DNA from: Pseudomonadota bacterium
GTDB taxonomy: Bacteria > Desulfobacterota > Desulfobacteria > Desulfobacterales > JBDRRP01
Reading direction: 5' to 3'
Assembly: GCA_043825735.1 (NCBI GenBank)
Contig: JBDRRP010000155.1
Span: 1-64,000, forward strand
DNA: 64,000 nucleotides
Of this stretch, positions 18,200 to 27,264 are shown piece after piece; position 1 is the stretch's first letter; each line of letters begins with the position of its first letter. The position numbers and the translations under genes were made by a program. The notes beneath the pieces are model-generated. The model saw only the letters and a list, made by a program, of their open reading frames with translations. It made no database searches and was not told the DNA's origin.

Positions 18200-18763
18200 T
18201 CAGGTAATTCCCTTCAAGATGAATCGTTCGTAAATCCCTGCGATATCGTCCACCGACAGCCGCCCGCCCGGCTGAAACCAGAAGGCCCCGGACGTGCATA
18301 GCGCCAATACGGCATAAGAGAGAATTTTAACATCCCACTGGCCGAACACGCCTTCATCACGGCCCCGGGCGAGCAGGTCTTGAAAGATCCGCTCGTAGGC
18401 GTCGCGCTTGGCGACGATGTCATCGTAGTGCTCCGGACTCAATCCCCGCAGCTCGGTATTGGCGATGAAGTTTTCCTTCTGCCGGTTGAGGTGGAAGGAC
18501 ACATGGGCCCGCACCGCGGCGCGGATTTTGGCTTCCACCGGGCTCAACCCGCCGAGGCATTCGCTAAGATAGGCCACCAGGTCGTCCATGGTAGTGGCCA
18601 TGATGGAATACAGAAGCGCTTCCTTGCTGGTGTAGTGATAGTAGATGGACGCTTTCTGGATGCCGCAGGCGGTGGCGATCTCACTGATGCTGGTGGCAAA
18701 GTAGCCCTTGCGATAGAACAGCTCGGTGGCCGCTTCCTTAATGGTCTGTTTCATGTCCGACAT
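18200..18763 (-). CDS. TetR-family transcriptional regulator
   Basis: AATELFYRKGYFATSISEIA..CGIQKASIYYHY.SKE HTH. Confidence 0.92.
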   Translation of the reverse strand: MSDMKQTIKEAATELFYRKGYFATSISEIATACGIQKASIYYHYTSKEALLYSIMATTMDDLVAYLSECLGGLSPVEAKIRAAVRAHVSFHLNRQKENFIANTELRGLSPEHYDDIVAKRDAYERIFQDLLARGRDEGVFGQWDVKILSYAVLALCTSGAFWFQPGGRLSVDDIAGIYERFILKGIT

Positions 18764-18843
18764 GCGCGCCGCATCTCCCCGGCAGCGGGTTTCAAACGCT
18801 CAAAACCCGTGTCATGCCATCGGTCGTCTGTGGCAGAAAGACC

Positions 18844-18901
18844 ACTTACCGACCGGACGGTAGGTTAACTTTTCAAACCATGCCACCGCCCCTGTTGTCA
18901 A
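18844..18901 (-). promoter_or_regulatory. Putative TetR operator with upstream TTGACA (copy 1)
   Basis: Minus strand TTGACA-N31-CCTACCGTCCGGTCGGTAAGT, an imperfect palindrome upstream of tetR. Confidence 0.6.
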
Positions 18902-19251
18902 GTGAGAAATGATTGAGGCCAAGGGTATTTATGATGGACACTTTGGCGCAGTTTTAAAATTGCAATCTTTACCAAAAAACTCGAAAGCGTCTCCACGGCA
19001 GCAGATTTCCCATATTGACAACGCGTTCAAAACCTCGGATAGGGCGGCCATCCCACAGGGGCGGCGATATCTTGTCGCGACATCAATTCCACACACAATT
19101 CGAGCCGAGGGGACACCGGCATGCTGAAAAGCAAGTCCTTATCTCCAAAGTTCTGTTCATCAGCGCCGGACAACTGTTGGCAACAACTCGATGTCCGATA
19201 ATGACGGTGGCCATGCCGCGGGGGGCACGGTTGGATGCGCCCGGGAAACAT

Positions 19252-19309
19252 ACTCACCAACCGGACGGTAGGCCAATTTCTGTGAGCATATGACCAAACC
19301 GGTTGTCAA
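19252..19309 (-). promoter_or_regulatory. Putative TetR operator with upstream TTGACA (copy 2)
   Basis: Minus strand TTGACA-N31-CCTACCGTCCGGTTGGTGAGT, with the same spacing as copy 1. Confidence 0.55.
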
Positions 19310-19370
19310 ACCAGTATTTCGGGGAGTTAACCGTCAGGGGCACGGCGATGCGCGGGTTGATCCGATTGAA

Positions 19371-20636
19371 TCAGACCATCAGATTCATCAATTTATCGTG
19401 GAGCACCTCATAGGAATAGAATTTTTCGGCCAGTGCATAGTTGGTCGCCACCATTTTCTCCCGAAGCGGTTCGTCCCGGAGCAATGCACGGGTTTGATCG
19501 AGCGCTTCATCAGTGACATACCCGTCTATTTCAACGGCAACGAACCCCTTGGGCTTGATATCGAAGGTGTAGATCGAGTAGCGGTTGACAAGGATCGGTT
19601 TACGAAAATAGACTGCTTCTAAAAAGGCATTGCCGAAGCCTTCGATGGTGGAAGGATAGGTGACAAAATCGGCGTGGCGATAGATATCGTAAAGGGTGTA
19701 GATCTTGCGACCGTCCACAGTGGTTCCCCGGCGCTCGTTGATGATGTCCGAGACAAACAGGGTGTTTACCTGCATGCGCCGTGAGTAGTCGATGATCCGT
19801 TTCTCGTAGTCGTGCCCCTCGTCTCCGGAAGCATGGGAGATCACCAGCCGGGCCTTGATCCCCAGCCGGCTGACCAACTCGATGGCATTCTCGATGCCCT
19901 TTCTTTTCACCACGCGTGTGGGCTGGAGGATCAAGCGTTCATCCGGATCGAGTCCCAGCGCCTGACGGACATCGGCGGCATAGTCATCCGCCGGCCGCGG
20001 CGGGTTCCTGAAATCCATGACGTTGGGAATGATGGTGGCGGAAATGCCGGTCCGGAGGGAGAGCTGGTTGGCTGCCGACGAATTGATCACCACATGGCGG
20101 ATGGGCGGCAAATGCGGGGGAAACGCCATATTTAGATAATCCCAGACGCAGTTGGTCTTGAACTGCCGGCGCTCCCAGAAGAAATCGTGGTGGTGGGCGA
20201 TGGTTGGCAAGCCGGTTTCGGCGATGACTTCGGTAATGGCCAGGCCGAGGGGGATATTAAGCGGGATGGTCAGTGCATTTTCGGGAATCAGCAGATCGAT
20301 GTCGAATCTGGCGATGTATTGGTATAGCTGATCTTTGAGAGATTCCTTGATTTCGTGAATCTGCGTGGTTAGCTGCCGATCCCGGATACCGTTGGCTTGG
20401 GGGTCGAAAACGGTGTTGAAGATCGTCCGGATTTGCGGTTCCATGAAGTGGGCCTGGGGAGCCATGAAAGACTTGGCCGGATCACGATCCAGTTCCCCGG
20501 CAAAATAGAAGCAATGAAACCGTTTTTTCTCGAACACACGGGCCCATTTTTCCGTTTCCAGGGACACCCCGTCGGTTCCGGCAAAGCGGGTGGAGATGAA
20601 TCCGATATTTTTGATTCCGCTAAAGGGGATATACAT
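19371..20636 (-). CDS. GT4 glycosyltransferase, mannosylglucosyl-3-phosphoglycerate synthase (MggA)-like
   Basis: STRFAGTDGVSLE..KW, AHHHDFFWER, QPTRVV.RKGIE, YPS..EGFGNAFLEA. Confidence 0.8.
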   Translation of the reverse strand: MYIPFSGIKNIGFISTRFAGTDGVSLETEKWARVFEKKRFHCFYFAGELDRDPAKSFMAPQAHFMEPQIRTIFNTVFDPQANGIRDRQLTTQIHEIKESLKDQLYQYIARFDIDLLIPENALTIPLNIPLGLAITEVIAETGLPTIAHHHDFFWERRQFKTNCVWDYLNMAFPPHLPPIRHVVINSSAANQLSLRTGISATIIPNVMDFRNPPRPADDYAADVRQALGLDPDERLILQPTRVVKRKGIENAIELVSRLGIKARLVISHASGDEGHDYEKRIIDYSRRMQVNTLFVSDIINERRGTTVDGRKIYTLYDIYRHADFVTYPSTIEGFGNAFLEAVYFRKPILVNRYSIYTFDIKPKGFVAVEIDGYVTDEALDQTRALLRDEPLREKMVATNYALAEKFYSYEVLHDKLMNLMV

Positions 20637-20765
20637 CGCAGCCCCTGCACGTTTGAAAAAGACGATGTCGACGTGAGGCAAACAGTCCGGCAGGATGAAG
20701 CTATGATGAAATGACATCAATAAACCCGGGATGTCAACGGTTGAATCCGGCCGACCGGCGCCCCG

Positions 20766-22487
20766 GTGGAGTCCTCCGGCTTAAAACGCATGGAATCGAT
20801 TCTCAAACGGATCTATGGACGTGAAAAAGGCGCTGCCGCCTTTTCACGCCTCTCAAAATTGCTGGACGCCTTTTCGCGCGGGGGGCCGGCCGATGAGAAC
20901 CCGCCCTTCAGCGAGAAAGATGCCATCCTGATTACTTATGGCGACGCCCTTTTACGCAGCGGCGAACGCCCCTTGCAAACCCTGCATCGCTTTGCCGGAG
21001 ACTATTTCAAGGAGGCGTTCTCCGGCATCCACATCCTGCCGTTTTTCCCCTATTCGTCCGACGACGGCTTCAGCGTCTCGGACTTTTTTACGGTGAGATC
21101 CGATCTGGGACAATGGCAGGACATCCAGGCCCTCGGCAAGGATTACACGCTGATGGTCGATCTCGTGGCCAACCACGTATCCGCCCAAAGCGGTTGGTTC
21201 AAATCCTACCTGGCCGATGAAGTCGGATTCAGGGATCTTGCCATCGAGGTCGATCCGGCCGCGGATCTGTCGGCCGTCATCCGGCCGCGGGCGCTGCCCC
21301 TGTTGACCCCAGTCACCAAAGCGTCGGGCCGCCGTGTGGATGTCTGGACGACCTTCAGCGCCGATCAAATAGATCTCAACTATCAGAGCCTCGACGTTTT
21401 GGAGAACATGGTGCGCGTACTGCTCTTCTACGTTTCCAAGGGGGCGCGGATCATCCGGCTGGATGCCATCGCCTACCTGTGGAAAGAGATCGGCACGCCC
21501 TGCATCCACCTGCCGCAGGCCCACGACATGGTCCGGCTGTTCCGTTGGATTCTGAATCAGGTGGCGCCCGGCGGCGTCATTGTCACCGAAACCAACGTGC
21601 CGCATGCCGAGAACATCCGCTATTTCGGCAATGGTGCCGACGAGGCTCAGATGGTCTATAATTTTACCTTGCCGCCATTGCTGCTGTATTCGCTGGCCAC
21701 CGGCAGCGCGCGCGTTTTTTCCGATTGGGCCCGGGGCCTGGCGACGCCCACGGAACGAACGGCGTTTTTCAATTTCACCGCCTCCCATGACGGTATCGGG
21801 GTGCGCCCCCTGGAAGGGATATTACCGCCGTCGCAGATTGACTGGCTGGCCCATCGGGTGCGTCTGAACGGCGGGCAGGTTTCCGAAAGGCGCAATCCGG
21901 ACGGATCCACCAGTCCCTATGAGCTGAATATTACCTACCTGGACGCACTGAAAGATCCGTCAAGTCCGGAAGATCCGCTGCACAGTTCCCGATTCCTGGC
22001 TTCTCAGGCCGTGGCCCTGGCCCTGGCCGGGGTTCCGGCCGTATACCTGCACAGCCTGTTGGGATCGCAAAATTGGACAGAAGGGGTCCACTTGACCGGC
22101 CGGGCCCGGACCATCAACCGTGAGCGGTTATCGGCCGATGCCATCAGCATGGAACTGGCCGATGGACGCCGTCTTCGGGGGCGCATTTTTTATCCCTATC
22201 TCGAGATGATCCGTATCCGCACCCGCCAGCCCGCCTTTCACCCTGCCGCCGGCACGCAAATCCTGCACCTGGATGACCGGGTGTTCGCACTAAAGCGCTT
22301 TTGCGCGCAACAGACCCTGTTCGCCCTGACCAATTTTTCCGCCGCCCCGCTGACCGTCACCCTGCCTGCCGCAACAGCGTCGCCCTGCTGGTACGATCTT
22401 CTCAACGGTGAACGTTTCGGCGCGGGGGCGATCCCTCTGTTCGCCTATCAAAGCGTGTGGCTGACGCAACATTCAGCTAACCATTGA
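20766..22487 (+). CDS. GH13_18 glycoside phosphorylase, probably glucosylglycerate phosphorylase
   Basis: LITYGD, HILPFFPYSSDDGF, WTTFSADQIDLN, RLDAIAY, SHDGIG. ETN and YELN loop residues resemble GG phosphorylases rather than the sucrose phosphorylase YQ. Confidence 0.82.
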   Translation: MESSGLKRMESILKRIYGREKGAAAFSRLSKLLDAFSRGGPADENPPFSEKDAILITYGDALLRSGERPLQTLHRFAGDYFKEAFSGIHILPFFPYSSDDGFSVSDFFTVRSDLGQWQDIQALGKDYTLMVDLVANHVSAQSGWFKSYLADEVGFRDLAIEVDPAADLSAVIRPRALPLLTPVTKASGRRVDVWTTFSADQIDLNYQSLDVLENMVRVLLFYVSKGARIIRLDAIAYLWKEIGTPCIHLPQAHDMVRLFRWILNQVAPGGVIVTETNVPHAENIRYFGNGADEAQMVYNFTLPPLLLYSLATGSARVFSDWARGLATPTERTAFFNFTASHDGIGVRPLEGILPPSQIDWLAHRVRLNGGQVSERRNPDGSTSPYELNITYLDALKDPSSPEDPLHSSRFLASQAVALALAGVPAVYLHSLLGSQNWTEGVHLTGRARTINRERLSADAISMELADGRRLRGRIFYPYLEMIRIRTRQPAFHPAAGTQILHLDDRVFALKRFCAQQTLFALTNFSAAPLTVTLPAATASPCWYDLLNGERFGAGAIPLFAYQSVWLTQHSANH

Positions 22488-23718
22488 CGCCAAAGAAATT
22501 GGCCATCAGGTTATTCAATTGTCGCTGCAGCGTGGCATAGCCGTAATGGCGGGCGGCGATCTCGTAATTGTGGGTCGTCATTCGTTCCCTTAGGGCCGGC
22601 GATTCGAGGACCTCCCTGACCTTCTGGACGTTTTTCTTGCTCAGAAAGCCGTCCATGACGATCAGATCGAAACCCTTGGGTTCGATGTCCCGCACGAAAA
22701 TGGCGTACCGGTTGATGAGCAGCGGCTTGTTGAAGTACACCGCCTCAAGGAAGGCGTTGCCAAAACCTTCGTAAAGGCTGGGGTAGGTGATGAAATCGGC
22801 GTGCGCATATAATTCCCACAGTGTCGGCCGATCCGGATCCTCCGGAACGCGGGTACCGATCAAGCGAAGATCCACGCCCCGCTCCCGGGCATGATCGGTC
22901 AGCCATTCGGCGTATTCGAAGCCTTCGTCGCCGGCCTCGTGGGAGATCACGAGCTTGAAGTGCCGATTGCCCAGTTCGTGAACCAGATCGATGGCGTGCT
23001 CGATCCCTTTGCGCTGAACGATACGCGTCGGCTGAAGGATCAAAAAGTCCCCCGGTTTCAGGCCGATCCGCTGTCTGAAGGCATGGGTATCCCTTTCGTC
23101 AGTTGCGGGCGGGTTTTCGAAATCCAGTACATTGGGGATGATGATGGCTGCGATGCCCGTTCGCAGGGCGAGTTCCTCCTGAGCCGCGGAGTTGATGACC
23201 ACGTGCTCGATATTCGGCAGGTTGGGCGGAAATGCCATGCGGAGGAAATCCCCCACGGCATTGACCGAAAAACGGGTCCGCTCCCAGTAAAAGTCGTGAT
23301 GATGCGCCACCGTGGGAATCTGGGTTTCGGCAATGAATTCGGTCATGGCCAGGCCCAGTGGAAGGTGCATGGGAATCGTCAGCGCGTTCTGAGCCACCAG
23401 CAGGTCGATGCCGAACCGTTCGGTAAATTCGTAAAGGCGCTTTTTCAGATGGTTGCGCAGATCGTGAATGGCCTGGGTCGTTTGCTGGCTTCGCCGCTTC
23501 CGGCCGAATATCTGGGCGTCGATGGCTTTATTCGTATCGTGCAGGAAAAAGGCTTCCGGCACGTTAAGGCTTCGCGCCGGATCGCGGTCAAGGTCGCCGG
23601 CAAACCAGAAACAACGATGACCGCATCGCTCTAAGATCTGCGACCATTTGGCGGCTTCCAGGGACACCCCGTCGTTACCGGCGAACCGGGTGGATACGAA
23701 GCCGATGGATTTGCCCAT
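22477..23718 (-). CDS. GT4 glycosyltransferase, MggA-like paralog
   Basis: Same motifs as 19371-20636. AGGAGG RBS before the ATG at 23718. Confidence 0.8.
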   Translation of the reverse strand: MGKSIGFVSTRFAGNDGVSLEAAKWSQILERCGHRCFWFAGDLDRDPARSLNVPEAFFLHDTNKAIDAQIFGRKRRSQQTTQAIHDLRNHLKKRLYEFTERFGIDLLVAQNALTIPMHLPLGLAMTEFIAETQIPTVAHHHDFYWERTRFSVNAVGDFLRMAFPPNLPNIEHVVINSAAQEELALRTGIAAIIIPNVLDFENPPATDERDTHAFRQRIGLKPGDFLILQPTRIVQRKGIEHAIDLVHELGNRHFKLVISHEAGDEGFEYAEWLTDHARERGVDLRLIGTRVPEDPDRPTLWELYAHADFITYPSLYEGFGNAFLEAVYFNKPLLINRYAIFVRDIEPKGFDLIVMDGFLSKKNVQKVREVLESPALRERMTTHNYEIAARHYGYATLQRQLNNLMANFFGVNG

Positions 23719-23842
23719 AACGCCTCCTGACACTGCGGCCATCCGCGGTTGACGAATCGCCCCTGTTATTCAACAATGGAAACATCCATCCAGGCTATTC
23801 CGTCCAGCGGCGATGGCGCGTGGGTTCCGCTGCGGAGGTTCC

Positions 23843-25249
23843 ATGAAGATCGCCTTTGTTCATTACCATCTCAAAACAGGGGGCGTGACCTCTGTACTTA
23901 AAAAACAAGTCGCCGCGCTCCAGGGGGCCGGCGATACCCTCGTCCTGACCGGAGACCAGGCGGCCACCGAATTGCCTTGCCCGGTGGTGGAGATCCCCGG
24001 ACTGGGTTACGATCAACCGCTCGATTCACCTCCGAATGCAGACAGGGTCGCCGAGCGGATCCTCAAGGCGCTGTCCCAAAAGTGGCCGGGTGGCTGCGAT
24101 GTGCTGCATATCCACAACCCAACCCTGGCCAAAAACCGGCAATTTCTAAAAATCATTAAACGGTTGCAACAGGCCGGGGTCAATCTTTTTTTGCATATCC
24201 ACGACTTCGCCGAAGACGGGCGACCCGATCTCTATTTCGAGGACGATTATCCGGCGAATTGCCATTACGGCGTCCTCAACGCCCGGGATGCCGGAATTCT
24301 CATCAGGGCGGGGTTGGATCAAGCTGGCCTTCACCATATTCCCAACGCCGTCGACGGTCTGAAGGTCAGCGCGGGCCGCGGCCCGAATGGGCTGGTTCTA
24401 TATCCGGTGCGCGCCATTCGGCGAAAGAACCTGGGGGAGGCCATCCTGTTGTCCTTGTTTTTCAGCGACGGTCTGCGGCTGGCCGTTACTCAGCCCCCAA
24501 ACAGTGCAGTGGATGCAAACAGCTACCGGGACTGGATCGATTGGGTGGAGCAACGCCATCTTCATGTCGATTTCGAGGTCGGCAAGCACGCGGACTTCCC
24601 CGAACTCCTGGGCGCCTCGGAATCGGTGGTCACCACCAGCATCTCCGAAGGGTTTGGATTGACTTTTCTCGAGCCCTGGACAGCGGGCAAGCTGCTGTGG
24701 GGAAGACGGCTCGGGGAAATCTGCATCGACTTCGAAAAGAACGGGATCCAGCTGGATTCACTTTATGACCGGCTCCTCGTCCCCCTGGCCTGGATCGACG
24801 CGGATGCTTTTTCCCGCCAGTGGTCCGCAGTGGTCTTCAGGGCGGCTGAACGATATGGCCACCCTGTGGCAGGCGATACGGTGTATCGCGCCTTTGGCCG
24901 CCTGAGCTGTGATCAAATGGTTGATTTCGGCCTGTTGAATGAGAAATTTCAACGTCAGGTACTCACCCTGCTGATCGACAACCCATCGACCAGAACGGAT
25001 TTGATTTCGCTAAATCCCTGGCTGTCGCGGCCTGGCGTGATGACGGATCCGTCGGCAATCATCGAACACAACCGCCGGGCTGTTCTGCAGTGCTATGGCA
25101 CGGCGCAATACCGGAACCGCCTCCTGGAAATATACCATCAAATCGTCAACCATCCGGTGTGCCATCGCATCGACAAGGGGGCCTTGCGCGAGGCGTTTTT
25201 CAATCTCGACCGGTTCTCGTTGCTCCAATGGGGTGAATATGACGGATAG
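23843..25249 (+). CDS. GT4-like glycosyltransferase
   Basis: HYHLKTGGVTSV, HIHDFAED, YPVRAIRRKNLGE, TTSISEGFGLTFLEPW. Confidence 0.75.
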   Translation: MKIAFVHYHLKTGGVTSVLKKQVAALQGAGDTLVLTGDQAATELPCPVVEIPGLGYDQPLDSPPNADRVAERILKALSQKWPGGCDVLHIHNPTLAKNRQFLKIIKRLQQAGVNLFLHIHDFAEDGRPDLYFEDDYPANCHYGVLNARDAGILIRAGLDQAGLHHIPNAVDGLKVSAGRGPNGLVLYPVRAIRRKNLGEAILLSLFFSDGLRLAVTQPPNSAVDANSYRDWIDWVEQRHLHVDFEVGKHADFPELLGASESVVTTSISEGFGLTFLEPWTAGKLLWGRRLGEICIDFEKNGIQLDSLYDRLLVPLAWIDADAFSRQWSAVVFRAAERYGHPVAGDTVYRAFGRLSCDQMVDFGLLNEKFQRQVLTLLIDNPSTRTDLISLNPWLSRPGVMTDPSAIIEHNRRAVLQCYGTAQYRNRLLEIYHQIVNHPVCHRIDKGALREAFFNLDRFSLLQWGEYDG

Positions 25250-26093
25250 GGAGGCCATCTGCGCGCGGCATCTGCGCCCCCTGGCACCGATCCCCACCGG
25301 TGATGCGCCGGACCTATCGAAAATGCAGCGATTTTCGGCAATGCTTTTCGATGTCTACGGCACCCTGCTGATCAGCGGGGCTGAGAATATCGGGTTCAAC
25401 CGGGGGCGCTCGGAAGAAAAAGACGAGATCCGGAACCTGTTGACGCGCTTCGGGAGCAATATCACGCCGGATGCTCTCGCGGACGCACTGATGACGGCTG
25501 TCCGGCGACACCATGGGCTCGCCTCCCGGCAGGGCATCGATTACCCCGAGGTGGATATTGTCCGGATATGGCAGCAAGTGATGGGTTTTCACGACGCATC
25601 CGCAGCGGCCGATTTCGCCCTGGAATATGAACTGATCGTCAACCCGGTCTACCCCATGCCCGGGCTCGAGGCGCTGCTGAAGGTGTGCAAACGCCGGAAG
25701 ATGCCGTTGGGGATCATCTCCAACGCCCAGTTTTACACCATTTATTTACTTGAGCGGTTTCTTGGCGCAACCCTCGACCGGCGGGGGTTCGATCCGCGGT
25801 TGCTCTTTTTTTCCTGGCGAGAGGGGCATGCCAAGCCATCGACCGTCATGTTCAACCGGGCCAAAGCGGTTCTGCGCGCCATGGGAATTCCGCCGGCCGC
25901 GGTCCTTTATGTGGGCAACGACATGCGCAATGACATTGTGCCGGCCCGGACTGCCGGGTTCAAGACCGCTCTTTTTGCGGGAGACGGGCGATCCTTGCGC
26001 CGCCGAGAATCCGATGACCGCTGCAGGGATCTCTCGCCGGATCTGATTCTCACCGATCTTCACCAGTTGATCACTGGAAACGGCAATCTTTAA
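25239..26093 (+). CDS. HAD-superfamily hydrolase (candidate phosphoglycerate-glycoside phosphatase)
   Basis: FDVYGTL, IISNAQ, AKPS, YVGNDMRNDI..A..AG. Overlaps the upstream GT gene. Confidence 0.8.
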   Translation: MTDREAICARHLRPLAPIPTGDAPDLSKMQRFSAMLFDVYGTLLISGAENIGFNRGRSEEKDEIRNLLTRFGSNITPDALADALMTAVRRHHGLASRQGIDYPEVDIVRIWQQVMGFHDASAAADFALEYELIVNPVYPMPGLEALLKVCKRRKMPLGIISNAQFYTIYLLERFLGATLDRRGFDPRLLFFSWREGHAKPSTVMFNRAKAVLRAMGIPPAAVLYVGNDMRNDIVPARTAGFKTALFAGDGRSLRRRESDDRCRDLSPDLILTDLHQLITGNGNL

Positions 26094-26106
26094 CCAAGAG
26101 GTCGTT

Positions 26107-27264
26107 ATGGTAAAATATCTCGACGTGCTGCCGACGTTTGTGGACCAGATTCGCAAGATCCGCGAAATCATCATCAGCAACATCGTGCTCATCGGGCAGA
26201 TCCCGGCGCCCACATTTTACGAACGACGACGCGCGGAGTGTCTGGTGGAACGCCTGGCCGATTTCAATGTGGATGAATGCAGTATCGATGCGTTTGGCAA
26301 TCCCATCGGTGTGATCCGCGGCAGATCGGCAGAAAGGCAATCCATCTTTGTCGTTGCCCACCTCGACACCTTTTCAGACGTGGAGGTCGACCAGCATTAC
26401 GAGGTGACGGAAAAAGTCATCGCCGGTGTGGGGGTTTCGGACAATTCGGCGGGTGTCGGCGTTCTGGCCTCACTGCCGGAAGTGTTCAGACGGCTGGGGC
26501 TGACGTTTGAATCGGATATCGTACTGCTCGCCCCCACGCAGTCCCTGGCACGTGGAAATCTGAGGGGCATCCGCCGGTTTCTCCAGGCTTGGCCCACGCC
26601 GATCCGGGGTGCCATCTGCCTGGAGAGCGTGGAACTGGGACGGCTCAATTACTACTCCGACGGCATGATCCGCGGGGAGATCAGTTGCAGCATCGCCTCG
26701 GAAAAGCAATGGGGCCGGCACCATCAACCGAACGCGATCATCGTCATCAACGAAGTAATCAATGCGATCCTTGCACTGCGCCTGCCCCAGAAACCGAGGA
26801 CGCAGATCGTCATCGGCAAGATCGCCGGTGGGTTCAACCATGGCAATATCGCCTATGAGGCCAAAATCGGTTTCGAGATTCGCAGCGACGCCGACGACAT
26901 GGTCACAGAACTCTACCGCGATATCAGAGATATCGTCGACGGCATCAACAAGGCCTTCGCCGTTGAACTGAGGCTCGACCGCATCAGCAACCTCAGCGCC
27001 ACCCGCCTGCGTTACGATCACCCGCTGGTCAAATGCGCTTCACGGATTTTAAATCGCCTGGAGGTGGAAGCCGTAAGCGAGCCCAGTGAAACGGCGTTAT
27101 CGATTTTCTTGCAGCGCAAAATTCCGGCAATCACCTTAGGATTGACCTGTGGGGACAATTATCATCAGGATGGCGCCATGATCGAAATCGAGCCGATGTT
27201 CAAAGGCATCGCCCAGATATCGGCACTGATCATGGCCATGGACAATGGGGGGTGTGATGAATAA
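26107..27264 (+). CDS. M20/M25/M40-family metallohydrolase-like protein with altered active site
   Basis: AHLDT, GVSDNSAG, dimerisation domain and C-terminal YH are present. The usual EE motif reads QS. Confidence 0.7.
   Translation: MVKYLDVLPTFVDQIRKIREIIISNIVLIGQIPAPTFYERRRAECLVERLADFNVDECSIDAFGNPIGVIRGRSAERQSIFVVAHLDTFSDVEVDQHYEVTEKVIAGVGVSDNSAGVGVLASLPEVFRRLGLTFESDIVLLAPTQSLARGNLRGIRRFLQAWPTPIRGAICLESVELGRLNYYSDGMIRGEISCSIASEKQWGRHHQPNAIIVINEVINAILALRLPQKPRTQIVIGKIAGGFNHGNIAYEAKIGFEIRSDADDMVTELYRDIRDIVDGINKAFAVELRLDRISNLSATRLRYDHPLVKCASRILNRLEVEAVSEPSETALSIFLQRKIPAITLGLTCGDNYHQDGAMIEIEPMFKGIAQISALIMAMDNGGCDE

Noticed and set aside
19027..19260. 77-aa ORF behind the second operator
   Set aside because: No RBS, no motif, and its start lies within the operator.
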